Source of the DNA: an uncultured Planctomycetia bacterium
Lineage (GTDB): Bacteria; Omnitrophota; Gorgyraeia; Pluralincolimonadales; Pluralincolimonadaceae
Reading direction: 5' to 3'
NCBI GenBank assembly: GCA_964650515.1
Contig: CAZYUB010000005.1
Span: forward strand, 12,304 to 76,303
DNA: 64,000 nucleotides
Made by a program: the position numbers and the translations under genes. Positions 52,948 through 63,434 of the stretch are shown here, piece by piece. Under the pieces are notes generated by a model. The model worked only from the letters and a program-made list of their open reading frames with translations. It made no database searches and was not told the origin of the DNA. The first letter of the stretch is position 1. Each line of letters begins with the position of its first letter.

Positions 52948-53900
52948 AGATCAACGGTAACCTGCTTGTTTTTTCCGGGAATGCGAACCCCGCGCTTGCC
53001 AAGAGGATATGCGCCCACCTGAAGGTCCGCCTCGGCAACGCTTCCGTCGACAGGTTCAACGACGGCGAGATAAGGGTGCGCGTCGACGAGGATGTCAGGG
53101 GAAAGGACGTATTCATAGTCCAGCCGACATGCTTCCCCGGCAACGATAACCTCATGGAGCTGCTTATACTGATCGACGCGGTCAAGCGCTCGTCCGCGCG
53201 CCGCATCACGGCAGTCATGCCGTATTACGGATACAGCAGGCAGGATAGGAAGGACCGCCCCCGCGTCCCGATAACGGCGAAACTCGTCGCGAACCTCATA
53301 ACGGTCGCGGGCGCGAACAGGGTCCTCACGATGGACCTGCATGCCGGGCAGATACAGGGATTTTTCGATATACCGCTCGATAACCTTTTCGCGGTAAATA
53401 CGTTCATGCAGCATTTCGAGAAGAGGCACCTTCCCGACCTCGTCGTCGTATCGCCGGATGTCGGAAGCATAAAGATGGCGCGCGCGTACGCGAAGAAATT
53501 CAAGTCGGGGCTGGCCGTCGTAGACAAGAGGCGCATAAACGACAAGCAGGCCGAGGTGATGAACATAATGGGCGAGGTCAGGGGTAAGAACGTCTGCCTT
53601 ATAGACGACCTCGTGGCTACAGCCGGCACGCTCGTCGAAGCCGTAGCGGCGCTGAAGAAGGCGGGAGCGAAGAAGGTCTTCGCAGCGGCCACGCACGCGG
53701 TCCTTTCGGGCCCGGCCATAGAGAGGATACAGGATTCCGAGCTCGAGGAGCTCATAGTGACGGACACTATCCCGATACCGAGGGAGAAGATGATACCGCA
53801 GATAAAGGTATTGTCGGTAGGCCCCCTGCTGGGCCAGGCGATAGCGAGGATACACAAAGAGCAATCGATCAGCATACTGTTCGATAAGGTCTACCAATAA
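52944..53900 (+). CDS. prs: Ribose-phosphate pyrophosphokinase.
   Basis: LLVFSGNANPALAKRICAHL...DLHAGQIQGFFDIPLDNL...VVSPDVGS...CLIDDLVATAGTL. Confidence 0.9.
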   Translation: MKINGNLLVFSGNANPALAKRICAHLKVRLGNASVDRFNDGEIRVRVDEDVRGKDVFIVQPTCFPGNDNLMELLILIDAVKRSSARRITAVMPYYGYSRQDRKDRPRVPITAKLVANLITVAGANRVLTMDLHAGQIQGFFDIPLDNLFAVNTFMQHFEKRHLPDLVVVSPDVGSIKMARAYAKKFKSGLAVVDKRRINDKQAEVMNIMGEVRGKNVCLIDDLVATAGTLVEAVAALKKAGAKKVFAAATHAVLSGPAIERIQDSELEELIVTDTIPIPREKMIPQIKVLSVGPLLGQAIARIHKEQSISILFDKVYQ

Positions 53901-53924
53901 AAGGGAAGAAAGGAAAAAACGGAG

Positions 53925-54626
53925 ATGGAACAGGTAAAACTGGAAGTCAAAGTAAGGAAAGAGACGGGAAAAGAGGCCGCGAAGCGCGAGCGCGAAAAGG
54001 GCATCATACCCGCCGTCGTATACAGGAAGGGCGAGAACGCGATGCCGCTCTACCTGGACAGGAAGGCGATGGAGACGGCGCTGCATACGTCGGCCGGAGA
54101 GAACGCGCTTATCAATCTCAAGATAGAGGGCGATGAGAAGGCGAAGGCGAAGACGTGCATAATAAAGGAAATACAGCATGACCCGCTCAGCGGCAATATC
54201 CTGCATGTGGATTTCAACGAGATATCGCTGACCGAGGAGATAAAGGTAGACGTACCGCTTGCAGCCAAGGGCGAGGCCGTCGGCGTCAAGCAGGACGGAG
54301 GCGTGCTCGAGCATCTGCTCTGGGAGATTCAGGTCGAGTGCTTGCCTACGGATATCCCGCAGAAACTTGAGGTCGATGTCAGCAACCTCAAGATCGGCGA
54401 TGCATTGTTCATCAAGGACATAGCCGTTCCTAAGGGAGTCAAGATACTCAACGACCCGGACGTCAGGATATTCGCGGTCGAGAAGCCGATAGAGATCAAG
54501 CCCGAAGAGGCGGTTGCCGCGGCGGAGACAGCTCCTGCGGAACCCGAAGTGACTAAGCAGAAGAAACCCGAGGAGATAGCAGCTGAAGATGCTGCGAAGG
54601 CCAAGGCCAAGGAGAAGAAGGAATAA
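53925..54626 (+). CDS. rplY: Ribosomal protein bL25 / general stress protein Ctc.
   Basis: N-terminal L25 domain (KLEVKVRKETGKEAAKREREKGIIPAVVYRKG) with a C-terminal Ctc-type extension and an acidic/lysine-rich tail. Confidence 0.8.
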   Translation: MEQVKLEVKVRKETGKEAAKREREKGIIPAVVYRKGENAMPLYLDRKAMETALHTSAGENALINLKIEGDEKAKAKTCIIKEIQHDPLSGNILHVDFNEISLTEEIKVDVPLAAKGEAVGVKQDGGVLEHLLWEIQVECLPTDIPQKLEVDVSNLKIGDALFIKDIAVPKGVKILNDPDVRIFAVEKPIEIKPEEAVAAAETAPAEPEVTKQKKPEEIAAEDAAKAKAKEKKE

Positions 54627-54635
54627 CGGCGCCCG

Positions 54636-55208
54636 ATGAAATTGATCGTCGGCCTGGGTAACCCGGGAACGAAGTACGAAAGGACTCGGCACAACGTCGG
54701 ATTCATGGTGGCTTCGGCGCTGGCCGGTAAGCACGGCATAAGGTTAAGCTCCAAAGCGTACGATTCGCTCGTTGGAAAAGGGAAGTTATGCGGAGAGGAA
54801 GTCGCGATCGCGTTGCCCCAGACATATATGAACAGGTCGGGGCAGGCGGTGGCATCCCTCTCTTCGCGCAGGAAGGCGGGCCCCGCGGATATACTCGTCA
54901 TCTGCGATGACGTGAACCTGGAGCTCGGGATAATAAGGATCCGGGCCGACGGCTCTGCGGGCGGGCACAACGGCCTCGCTTCAATAATAGAGCACCTCGG
55001 CAGCTGCGATTTCGCGCGCCTGAGGATAGGCATAAGCCGCAGGGGAGGCCCCGCGTTAAGCGGTTACGTCCTCTCGCCTTTCACAAAAAGTGAGATTGAA
55101 ACGCTCGGATGTACCATAGAGAAAGCAGTGGAATGCTGCGAGACATGGGCCAGGGACGGCGCCGAACGCGCAGCGAACTTGTTTAACGCTAAGAATAGAA
55201 AGGAATGA
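54636..55208 (+). CDS. pth: Peptidyl-tRNA hydrolase.
   Basis: MKLIVGLGNPGTKYERTRHNVGFM and the HNG motif (GGHNGLASI). Confidence 0.85.
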   Translation: MKLIVGLGNPGTKYERTRHNVGFMVASALAGKHGIRLSSKAYDSLVGKGKLCGEEVAIALPQTYMNRSGQAVASLSSRRKAGPADILVICDDVNLELGIIRIRADGSAGGHNGLASIIEHLGSCDFARLRIGISRRGGPALSGYVLSPFTKSEIETLGCTIEKAVECCETWARDGAERAANLFNAKNRKE

Positions 55209-55501
55209 AGATGAAGAAATACGAAGGGCTGTTCATACTGAAACCGAACCTGACCGACGAAGAGTACGGGAAACTTACAACCTCTGTGCTTGACGTCATA
55301 ACCAAGAACGGCGGCAAGGTGGACGCTAAAGAGGACCTCGGCACGCGCGACCTAGCTTACATGATCAAGAAGGACAAGAAGGGGCGTTACCTGCTCGTAT
55401 ATTTCACCGCAGAGACGTCATCTATCACGGCGATGGAAAGGTTATACAAGATAAACGAGTCGATACTCAGGGCCGTGATCTTCATCCACGAGGCCGCATA
55501 G
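55205..55501 (+). CDS. rpsF: Ribosomal protein bS6.
   Basis: The YEGLFILKPNLTDEEY...RDLAYMIKKDKKGRYLLVYF pattern, in the conserved rpsF-ssb-rpsR-rplI context. Confidence 0.75.
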   Translation: MKMKKYEGLFILKPNLTDEEYGKLTTSVLDVITKNGGKVDAKEDLGTRDLAYMIKKDKKGRYLLVYFTAETSSITAMERLYKINESILRAVIFIHEAA

Positions 55502-55512
55502 GAGGGCAGGCG

Positions 55513-55932
55513 ATGGCTAGCCTAAACAAGGTATTTCTGATAGGGAACCTCACGCGCGACCCGGAGCTCAGGTATATACCGAGCGGCAGCGCGGTGACTA
55601 CGTTCACGATAGCGGTGAACAGGGTCTATACTCAGCAGGGCGAGAAGAAGGAAGAGGTATCTTATATAAAAGTGGTCGTCTGGGCTAAGATGGCTGAGTC
55701 GTGCGGGGAGTACCTTTCGAAAGGAAGCCCCGTTTTCGTGGAAGGCAGGATACAGAGCAGGAGCTGGGAGACCCCGCAGGGCGAAAAACGTTCCGCTACG
55801 GAAGTAATCGCCGAAAGGGTGCAGTTCCTCGGCAGGGGCAAGGGCAGCAAGCAGGAACAGGGCGCCGCCCCCGACGCCGAATCCCCGGACGCCCAGCCCG
55901 GCGGTTCGCAGGGCGAGGATGTCCCGTTCTAA
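55513..55932 (+). CDS. ssb: Single-stranded DNA-binding protein.
   Basis: LNKVFLIGNLTRDPELRYIPSGSAVTTFTIAVNR is an OB fold. The acidic C-terminal tail ends in DVPF. Confidence 0.85.
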   Translation: MASLNKVFLIGNLTRDPELRYIPSGSAVTTFTIAVNRVYTQQGEKKEEVSYIKVVVWAKMAESCGEYLSKGSPVFVEGRIQSRSWETPQGEKRSATEVIAERVQFLGRGKGSKQEQGAAPDAESPDAQPGGSQGEDVPF

Positions 55933-55974
55933 CAGTCGTAATATAAAGACCAAAGAGGAGAAGACAGAAACGAA

Positions 55975-56205
55975 ATGGAAAGAAGAGAGAGAAGGGTATT
56001 CAGGAAAAAGGTCTGCAAGTTCTGCGGCGAGAAGATCAACTCGATAGATTACAAGGACATCATGAAGCTGTCCAAGTTCATTACCGAGCGCGGCAAGATC
56101 ATACCGTCGAGGATCTCGGGGAACTGCGCAAAGCACCAGCGCATGATGGCCAGGGCGATCAAAAAAGCGCGCCTCGCGGCTTTCATTCCCTATACATCCG
56201 TCTAA
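55975..56205 (+). CDS. rpsR: Ribosomal protein bS18.
   Basis: [60 protein letters not shown]. Confidence 0.85.
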   Translation: MERRERRVFRKKVCKFCGEKINSIDYKDIMKLSKFITERGKIIPSRISGNCAKHQRMMARAIKKARLAAFIPYTSV

Positions 56206-56235
56206 CGGTCTACGTCAAATCGAAGGGGTCATACG

Positions 56236-56685
56236 ATGTCTATAAAAGTCATATTATTGAAGGATGTCGATGGTCTCGGCAAGTCGGGCGATCTGGTATC
56301 CGCAAGCGAGGGGCACGCGAGGAATTTCCTTTTACCGCGCAAGTTGGCCCTCCCGGCGACTGATCAGAACATAAAGATGGCCGAGGCGAACAGGAAACAG
56401 AGGGCGGAGGCCCTTGAGAAGGAAAGGCAGGAAGCGCTGAAGCTCGCGGACGCGATAGCGAAGGCGTCGGTCACGATCGCGATGGAAACGGGCAAGGACG
56501 ACAAGCTCTTCGGGTCTGTGACGGGCGCCGATATACAGAAAGCGCTCGAGTCCGAGGGCATAACCGTCGACAAGAAGAAGATAGACCTGAAGGAGCACAT
56601 AACGCAAACAGGCATATTCCAGGTGCCCGTAAAACTGCACCCGGAGGTAAACGCGTCGCTGAAGCTCTGGGTGGTCAAAAAGTAA
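56236..56685 (+). CDS. rplI: Ribosomal protein bL9.
   Basis: MSIKVILLKDVDGLGKSGDLVSASEGHARNFLLPRKLALPAT. Confidence 0.85.
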   Translation: MSIKVILLKDVDGLGKSGDLVSASEGHARNFLLPRKLALPATDQNIKMAEANRKQRAEALEKERQEALKLADAIAKASVTIAMETGKDDKLFGSVTGADIQKALESEGITVDKKKIDLKEHITQTGIFQVPVKLHPEVNASLKLWVVKK

Positions 56686-58044
56686 ATGGCCAACAAGGAA
56701 GGCAAGGACATATCGCTGGAGAAGCTGCCGCCCCAGAATCTCGAGGCGGAGATGGCAGTCCTCTGCTCTATGCTCATAGAGGAAGAGGCGATCTCGCACG
56801 CTTTCGAGATACTCTCCGAAGACGCCTTCTATAAGCAGGCCCACCGGCTCATATTCAGGGCGATAGTCGGCCTTTACAGCAACAGCAAGGCGGTCGACCT
56901 TGTCACGCTCGTCGAGGAGCTCAAGAAGAAGGGTGAGCTCGAGGACATCGGAGGCATCAATTACCTGACGACGTTGAGCACCTACGTGCCGACCGCAGCG
57001 AACGTGCGCCATTACGCTAAGATCGTCAAGGACAAGAGCATGCTGCGCAGCCTCATCTCGAGCGCGACGACGATCCTCTCGGAGGCGTACGACGGGCAGG
57101 ACGAGGCGAGGGAGCTGCTCGACAAGGCCGAGCGCATGATATTCGAGATATCGTCAAAGAAGATAGAAGGCGGTTTCGTCTCGCTGAAGGAGATAATTAA
57201 GGATTCGATAGAGACGATAGATTCCCTCTACCAGCGCAAGACGAACATAACAGGCCTCGCGACGGGGTTCGACGATTTCGACAAGATGACATCCGGACTG
57301 CATGAAGGCGAACTTATAGTCGTGGCCGGAAGGCCTTCGATGGGCAAGAGCGCCCTGGCCTGCTGCATAGCCGAACATGTCGGCATCGCCTTGAAGCAGC
57401 CCGTGGCGATATTCAGCTTGGAGATGTCGAAGGAATCGCTCGCGCAGAGGATGCTCTGCTCTCACGCGAGAGTCGACGCGAGCAGGGTCAGGACGGGTTT
57501 CCTTTCGCAGTCCGACTGGCCGCACCTCGTCAATGCCGCAGGCAAGTTCTCGGAAGCGCCGATATTCATAGACGACTCTTCGGCGTTGTCCGCCCTGGAA
57601 TTGCGCGGCAAGGCCAGGAGGCTGAAATCGCAGCACGACCTTAAGCTCATCATAGTCGATTACCTCCAGCTGATGGAGAGCCCCTCGATGCGTTCGGAGG
57701 GCAGGCAGCAAGAGATAGCGGATATATCGCGTTCGCTTAAGGCGCTGGCAAAGGAGCTCAACGTCCCGTTGATCGCCGTCAGCCAGCTTTCGCGAAAGCC
57801 GGAAGGCAGGGATGACAAGAGGCCGCAGCTGGCCGACCTGCGCGAATCCGGCGCCATCGAGCAGGACGCTGACCTTGTGCTGCTGCTGTTCAGGGAGGAA
57901 TTCTACGCGCCCACTGACGAGAACAGGGGCATAGCCGAACTTATGATAGCGAAGCAGCGCAACGGGCCCACGGGGCCTATAAAACTCGCGTTTATCAAGG
58001 AATTGACAAGGTTCGAGAACCTCTCGATCAGGCAGGAAGCATAG
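56686..58044 (+). CDS. dnaB: Replicative DNA helicase.
   Basis: N-terminal DnaB domain (PPQNLEAEMAVLCSMLIEEEAI). Walker A motif GRPSMGKSALA. Later motifs IVDYLQLM and SQLSR. Confidence 0.9.
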   Translation: MANKEGKDISLEKLPPQNLEAEMAVLCSMLIEEEAISHAFEILSEDAFYKQAHRLIFRAIVGLYSNSKAVDLVTLVEELKKKGELEDIGGINYLTTLSTYVPTAANVRHYAKIVKDKSMLRSLISSATTILSEAYDGQDEARELLDKAERMIFEISSKKIEGGFVSLKEIIKDSIETIDSLYQRKTNITGLATGFDDFDKMTSGLHEGELIVVAGRPSMGKSALACCIAEHVGIALKQPVAIFSLEMSKESLAQRMLCSHARVDASRVRTGFLSQSDWPHLVNAAGKFSEAPIFIDDSSALSALELRGKARRLKSQHDLKLIIVDYLQLMESPSMRSEGRQQEIADISRSLKALAKELNVPLIAVSQLSRKPEGRDDKRPQLADLRESGAIEQDADLVLLLFREEFYAPTDENRGIAELMIAKQRNGPTGPIKLAFIKELTRFENLSIRQEA

Positions 58045-58096
58045 CCCGATTATTTGCTTTACTTTGCCTTACACGTATGTTAAATTAGACGATTAA

Positions 58097-60490
58097 ATGA
58101 GGATTTTTATGAGGATCTTCCCTGGATTCTTCTTTATTCTTGCCCTCTCTGCCGGGCTTCTTAACCCCGTATTTTCCGAAGAAACGGCTTTGCCCGACAC
58201 CGTGGCGTTACCCGATGCCGCGGTTGTTTCCGATATGACGGCGGCCCCGGTCCCGGCATCAGCTCCGGCTGTGGAGAAGACGGTAAAGAACGTTTTTGTA
58301 GTAGGCAACAAGACGGTATCTTCCTCGCTGGTCCTGTCGAAGGTGAAGACGAAGCCGCAGGAGGCCTACAAGAAGGGCACGGTCGACGAGGATATCAAGC
58401 GCATATACGGGCTCGGGTTCTTTTCGGACGTAAAGGCCGAGGTAAAGGAGTTCGCGGACGGCCTCGAGGTGGTGTTCATAGTCACGGAGAAGCCGCCCAT
58501 AGGGCAGATAATCTTCGCCGGCAACAAAGTCATCCGCGACGAGAGGCTCAAGAAAGAGCTTAAGGTCAAGCAGGATGAGATCCTCGACGAACGTCAGCTG
58601 AAGGAAGGCATAAAGGCGATAAGGGAGCTCTATTACAAGAAGGGCTTCACGCATTCCAAGATAGATTACGCGATACGGCTTGACCCGACGACCAATAAGG
58701 CCGTCGTCACGATAATGGTCGAAGAGGGCAAGAGGGTCAAGATACGCAGGATAACCTTCGAGGGGAACAAGGCGTTCAAGTCGGACGTCCTGCTGAGGCT
58801 CATGTCGACGAAGACCGCCTGGTGGTTCATCAGGTCGGGCATATTCAACGAGGACGCTTTCGAGACCGACATGGACAAGCTTAAGGCGTTCTACGAATCG
58901 AACGGCTACCTCGACGCTAGGATGGAGCCCGAATTCAAGTACGACGATGACGGGAAGTTCCTGTTCGTCCATATTAAGGTCGACGAGGGCAGGAAGTACC
59001 TCGTAAATTCCATTGGGATATCGGGCAACGCGGTCATCAGCGAGAAGGACATGCGCAAGGCGCTGAAGATGACCGTCGGCAAGGCGTTCAGCCAGGACGC
59101 CCTGCGCGCCGACGCGGATGTGCTTCAGGGCATGTATTTCGACAAGGGCTATATATACGCGGTGGTCAAGACCGAGAGCTCGATCAACGCCGAGACCGAG
59201 AATATAGACGTTAAGTACACGATAACCGAGAACGACCTGACGTTCGTCAACAGGGTGGAGATTCGCGGAAATATCCGCACGAAGGACAAGGTCATCAGGA
59301 GGGAGATAAGGCTGAAGCCGGGCGAACCGTTCAACGGCGCGAAACTCCAGCGCTCGAAGGAGCGCCTGTATAACCTCGGGTATTTCGAGGACATAACTTT
59401 CGATACCGGAAAGACAGAGGAGCCGGACAAGGCGGACCTGCTCGTCGACGTAAAGGAGACGAAGACCGGGGAGTTCTCGTTCGGCGGCGGTTTCTCCACG
59501 GTCGACAAGCTCGTAGGTTTCGTGCAGGTGACACAGCGGAATTTCGATATCATGAACTGGCCGACCTTCACCGGCGGCGGGCAGCAGCTTGTCCTCAGGG
59601 CCGAGCTCGGTACGACAAGGCGCGATTACCAGCTCAGCTGGACCGACCCGTGGATATTCGACTATCCGTACCTGCTCGGTTTCGACATATACCAGAACAC
59701 GAGGTTGTCGTCGAGCAGCACAGGTTACGGTTATGACGAGAGGAGAAGGGGTTTCGACTTCCGCCTCGGCAAGGAGTTCGACGATCTCGACAGGGCCGAC
59801 CTCACTTACAGGCTGGAGGAGGTCAGGATATCCAATGTCGACGACGGCGCCACGAACGACCTGAGGAAAGAGGCGGGTATAAACAACATCTCGAGCCTCC
59901 AGCTCGGTTTTACGAGGGACACCAGGGATTCGTCGTACAGCCCGACTAAAGGATATATAGCGTACGCGTCGGTCGAGGGCGCGGGCGGGCCGTTCCAGGG
60001 CGATAAGGACTTCGTGAAATGGTACGGGTCGGCAATGGCGTATTTCTCCCCGATACAGAAACAGGTCCTTGAGCTCAGCACGCATGTAGGCGCGGTCGGG
60101 GCTTACGGAAACTCCGACAGTGTGCCGATATACGAGAGGTTCTTCGCGGGCGGCGCGGATTCGGTGCGCGGTTATAAGGAAAGGGTCCTCGGCCCCAAGG
60201 ATCCCGCGACCAACGACCCGTTGGGCGGCGAGGCGATGGTAGTGGCCAGCGCGGAATATACGTTCCCCGTCGTGGAGTTCCTTAAAGGCGCGGTCTTCTT
60301 CGATGTCGGCAACGTATGGGAGAAGGAAGGGGATTTCGGTTCGGGCGATTACAAATATTCCACGGGCGCCGGTATCAGGGTCAAGACGCCGGTAGGCCCG
60401 GTCAAACTCGATTACGGTTATCCGCTGAAGATAGACCCGGGCGAGAAGAAAAAAGGAAGGTTCCATTTTAGCCTCAGCAGGGCTTTTTAA
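58097..60490 (+). CDS. bamA: Outer membrane protein assembly factor BamA (Omp85).
   Basis: Signal peptide, repeated POTRA domains (VKNVFVVGNKTVSSSLVLSKV...) and a C-terminal beta-barrel ending ...RFHFSLSRAF. Confidence 0.85.
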   Translation: MRIFMRIFPGFFFILALSAGLLNPVFSEETALPDTVALPDAAVVSDMTAAPVPASAPAVEKTVKNVFVVGNKTVSSSLVLSKVKTKPQEAYKKGTVDEDIKRIYGLGFFSDVKAEVKEFADGLEVVFIVTEKPPIGQIIFAGNKVIRDERLKKELKVKQDEILDERQLKEGIKAIRELYYKKGFTHSKIDYAIRLDPTTNKAVVTIMVEEGKRVKIRRITFEGNKAFKSDVLLRLMSTKTAWWFIRSGIFNEDAFETDMDKLKAFYESNGYLDARMEPEFKYDDDGKFLFVHIKVDEGRKYLVNSIGISGNAVISEKDMRKALKMTVGKAFSQDALRADADVLQGMYFDKGYIYAVVKTESSINAETENIDVKYTITENDLTFVNRVEIRGNIRTKDKVIRREIRLKPGEPFNGAKLQRSKERLYNLGYFEDITFDTGKTEEPDKADLLVDVKETKTGEFSFGGGFSTVDKLVGFVQVTQRNFDIMNWPTFTGGGQQLVLRAELGTTRRDYQLSWTDPWIFDYPYLLGFDIYQNTRLSSSSTGYGYDERRRGFDFRLGKEFDDLDRADLTYRLEEVRISNVDDGATNDLRKEAGINNISSLQLGFTRDTRDSSYSPTKGYIAYASVEGAGGPFQGDKDFVKWYGSAMAYFSPIQKQVLELSTHVGAVGAYGNSDSVPIYERFFAGGADSVRGYKERVLGPKDPATNDPLGGEAMVVASAEYTFPVVEFLKGAVFFDVGNVWEKEGDFGSGDYKYSTGAGIRVKTPVGPVKLDYGYPLKIDPGEKKKGRFHFSLSRAF

Positions 60491-60507
60491 CTGAAAGGAG
60501 AAACAAG

Positions 60508-61035
60508 ATGAGGGCATTATCGAGGTTGTTGGTAGCAGCGTTTTTTGTGACCATGGCATTATCGTCTGTCAATTCCTCTTTCGCGGCGGAGCAGAAGCTG
60601 GGCCATATGGACTTCGCGAAGGTCTTCGACGAATATAACAAGACCAAGGATTTCGACAAGCAGCTCGAGGCTAAGGGCAACGCGAAACAGGGCGACAGGG
60701 ACAAGCTTGTCGCGGAGATAAAGAAATTAAAGGACGAGCTCGATGTGGCTTCCGAGAAGGAGAAGGCGAAGAAGCAGGCCGCCGTCGAAGAGAAACTCAA
60801 GAAGCTCCAGGAGTTCGACAGGGATTCGAGGGAAGCTCTCAGGAAAGAACGCGATGACATGGCCAGGGGCATATTCAAGGAGATCAAGGACGTCGTCGAT
60901 GAGATCGGCAAGAAAGAGAACTACAAGTACATCATCGACAGCAGGATGGTCCTTTACGGAAGCGCGAGCGACGACCTGACCACCCGCGTACTGAAGATAC
61001 TCAACGACAAATACCAGGTCAAGGGAAAGAAATAG
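60508..61035 (+). CDS. skp: Periplasmic chaperone of the OmpH/Skp family.
   Basis: 175 aa with a signal peptide and a lysine-rich coiled coil. Its position between bamA and lpxD is canonical. Confidence 0.7.
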   Translation: MRALSRLLVAAFFVTMALSSVNSSFAAEQKLGHMDFAKVFDEYNKTKDFDKQLEAKGNAKQGDRDKLVAEIKKLKDELDVASEKEKAKKQAAVEEKLKKLQEFDRDSREALRKERDDMARGIFKEIKDVVDEIGKKENYKYIIDSRMVLYGSASDDLTTRVLKILNDKYQVKGKK

Positions 61036-61039
61036 AGAA

Positions 61040-62125
61040 GTGTCCGGAGAAGGTTCGCCTATCCGCAAGACTCTTAAAGAGATTGCGCAACTGATAGACG
61101 GTGAAGTAGTAGGGGACAGCGGCACTGTAATTACCGGAATTAGCGGCATAAGGGAAGCGGAAGAAGGCGACCTTACGTTCCTTGCGAACCCGCGTTACGC
61201 CCCGCTGATGGAAACTACTCGCGCGGCCGCGATAATAACATCGCGCGAGACGACAGACGCCCCGAAACCCATCATCAGGACCGCGAACCCTTCGCTGGCA
61301 TTCGCCAAGATAATCTCTATAATGATGCCGAACGACCAGCAGTTCCCGTCCGGTATTCATCCTGCCGCGGTCGTCGGAAAAGGCGTTAAGCTGGGCCGTG
61401 ATGTCGCGATACAGGCCTATGCCGTCATAGATGACGGCGCTTCCGTCGGCGACAGGACTATAATATATTCTGGGGCGTATGTAGGGCATAACGCGAAAAT
61501 AGGCGCGGATTGCCTCATATACCCGAATGTCGTGCTGCGGGAGAAGGTAGTGTTGGGCGACAGGGTCGTGATACACCCCGGCACCTGCATAGGCAGCGAC
61601 GGGTTCGGTTTCGCGTCCGTCAACGGCGAGCACCGCAAGATACCGCAGATAGGTACCGTCGTGGTAGAGGACGATGTCGAGATAGGCGCGAACGTCACGA
61701 TAGACAGGGCGCGTTTCGGCAAGACCGTAATAGGCCGCGGGACCAAGATAGACAACCTGGTCCAGATAGCGCATAACGTGATCGTAGGCCAGAACACTCT
61801 GATCATCGCGCAGGCCGGGATATCCGGCTCGACGGTCATCGGCAATAATGTAACGATAGCGGGGCAGGCGGGACTCGTAGGGCATATAACGGTCGGAGAT
61901 AATTCTGTCCTCGCCGCGCAGGCGGGGGTGACCAAATCGGTCCCTGCGAACGCGTGCGTATCGGGTTATCCGGCAAAACCGCACGACGAGGCGAAGAGAT
62001 TGAACGCTTTCGTGTCGCGGCTGCCGCAGATAGTCGATGAGCTGAAAAAACTTCAAGAAAGAATAAACCAGTTGGAGAGCAAGATCGCAGATGGAACAGC
62101 AGCTGACGATAAAAAACGCGGTTGA
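61040..62125 (+). CDS. lpxD: UDP-3-O-(3-hydroxyacyl)glucosamine N-acyltransferase.
   Basis: The N-terminal LpxD domain is followed by left-handed beta-helix hexapeptide repeats ([38 protein letters not shown]). Confidence 0.85.
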   Translation: MSGEGSPIRKTLKEIAQLIDGEVVGDSGTVITGISGIREAEEGDLTFLANPRYAPLMETTRAAAIITSRETTDAPKPIIRTANPSLAFAKIISIMMPNDQQFPSGIHPAAVVGKGVKLGRDVAIQAYAVIDDGASVGDRTIIYSGAYVGHNAKIGADCLIYPNVVLREKVVLGDRVVIHPGTCIGSDGFGFASVNGEHRKIPQIGTVVVEDDVEIGANVTIDRARFGKTVIGRGTKIDNLVQIAHNVIVGQNTLIIAQAGISGSTVIGNNVTIAGQAGLVGHITVGDNSVLAAQAGVTKSVPANACVSGYPAKPHDEAKRLNAFVSRLPQIVDELKKLQERINQLESKIADGTAADDKKRG

Positions 62126-63422
62126 GATAGAAGGCACAGGCCTGCATACGGGCGCGAGGACGAAGGTGCGCCTTTTGCCCGCCGAACAGAACGCGGGAAT
62201 AAGTTTCGTGCGCACCGACCTGCCCGGCTCGCCGGTCATAAAGGCGAATATCGCGAACGTGATGGAATCGAGCCGCAAGCTCAGGAGGACATCGCTCGCA
62301 TCCGACGGCGCCGAGGTCCATACCATTGAACACCTCATGTCCGCGTTGAGCGGCATGATGATAGATAACGTGAAGGTCGAGATAAACGGCCCGGAGGTCC
62401 CCGGCATCGACGGCTCGGCTACGCCGTTCGTGGAACTCATAAAGAAGGCCGGCATACAGCCGCAGGCCGAACAGAGGAAGTCGTTCACGGTAAAGGAGCC
62501 GATCTGGCTCGAAGAGGATGACACTGTCCTCGCAATATTGCCGGATTCCGAGTTTAAGATATCGTATATGCTAAGCTATGACCATCCGATGCTGAGGTCG
62601 CAGTATGTGTCGATAGTCCTCACGCCGGAGACATACGAGAAGCAGATAGCCCCGACGAGGACCTTCTGCCTTGAAGCCGAAGCCGAAGCGTTGAGGCACC
62701 AGGGTCTCGGCAAGGGGGCGAATTTCGACAATACGCTTGTGGTCGGCAAAGAAGGCGTCATAAAGAACAAACTGAGGTTCGACGACGAGTTCGCGCGCCA
62801 CAAGGTCTCCGACCTCATAGGCGACCTCTACCTTCTCGGTATGGCGCTGAAGGGGCATGTCATTGCGGTCAAGTCCGGCCATCCGTTGAATATCCGCCTG
62901 TTGCAGAAGATAAGGCAGCAGCAGGAGCGCATGCGCGCTGGCGCGATGGAGAGCAAGGGCCCGGGCATCGTCGGGACCCCTCTCGACATAAATGACATAA
63001 AGAAGATACTTCCGCACCGCTACCCGTTCCTGCTCGTCGACAGGGTCATTGAGCTCGAGGACGACAAGAGGGCGGTCGGGATAAAGAACGTCACGATGAA
63101 CGAATTTTATTTCCCGGGCCATTTCCCGAACATGCCGATAATGCCCGGAGTCCTGATAATGGAGGCGCTCGCGCAGGTGGCCGGCGTCATGATGCTGAAC
63201 AAGAGGGAGAACCTCGGGAAATACGCCTTCTTCATGTCGATGGACAAGGTGAAATTCCGCAAGGCCGTCGTGCCCGGGGACCAGCTGGTCCTCGAGACCG
63301 AGGTGCTTAAGCTCAGGTCGAAGACCGTGCAGGTAAAGGCGGTCGCGAGCGTGGACGGGAAAGTCGCGGCCGAGGGCGAATTCATGTTCGCGCTTGTCGG
63401 CGGAGAAGAGGCCTCGGAATAG
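62091..63422 (+). CDS. lpxC-fabZ: Bifunctional fusion of UDP-3-O-acyl-GlcNAc deacetylase (LpxC) and 3-hydroxyacyl-ACP dehydratase (FabZ).
   Basis: The N-terminal LpxC region reads [26 protein letters not shown]...[10 protein letters not shown]. The C-terminal FabZ hot-dog region reads [16 protein letters not shown]...[24 protein letters not shown]. It overlaps lpxD by 35 nt. Confidence 0.85.
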   Translation: MEQQLTIKNAVEIEGTGLHTGARTKVRLLPAEQNAGISFVRTDLPGSPVIKANIANVMESSRKLRRTSLASDGAEVHTIEHLMSALSGMMIDNVKVEINGPEVPGIDGSATPFVELIKKAGIQPQAEQRKSFTVKEPIWLEEDDTVLAILPDSEFKISYMLSYDHPMLRSQYVSIVLTPETYEKQIAPTRTFCLEAEAEALRHQGLGKGANFDNTLVVGKEGVIKNKLRFDDEFARHKVSDLIGDLYLLGMALKGHVIAVKSGHPLNIRLLQKIRQQQERMRAGAMESKGPGIVGTPLDINDIKKILPHRYPFLLVDRVIELEDDKRAVGIKNVTMNEFYFPGHFPNMPIMPGVLIMEALAQVAGVMMLNKRENLGKYAFFMSMDKVKFRKAVVPGDQLVLETEVLKLRSKTVQVKAVASVDGKVAAEGEFMFALVGGEEASE

Positions 63423-63434
63423 CGACAGGATACA

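Noticed and set aside
52731-54734. A 667-aa minus-strand ORF.
   Set aside because: It is antisense to the glmU/prs/rplY/pth genes, which carry clear motifs. Its composition is the same RxLxR low-complexity type. It is an artefact.
58097-58120. A tandem duplication of the first four codons of bamA (ATGAGGATTTTT ATGAGGATCTTC, giving MRIFMRIF).
   Set aside because: This is probably a trivial 12-nt duplication or slippage at the start codon. Either ATG may serve as the start. It has no evident functional meaning.
58259-60559. A 766-aa minus-strand ORF, together with the 501-aa ORF at 61019..62524 and the 406-aa ORF at 62571..63791.
   Set aside because: They are antisense to bamA, lpxD and lpxC-fabZ respectively. 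They have no motifs and a composition driven by GC. They are artefacts.
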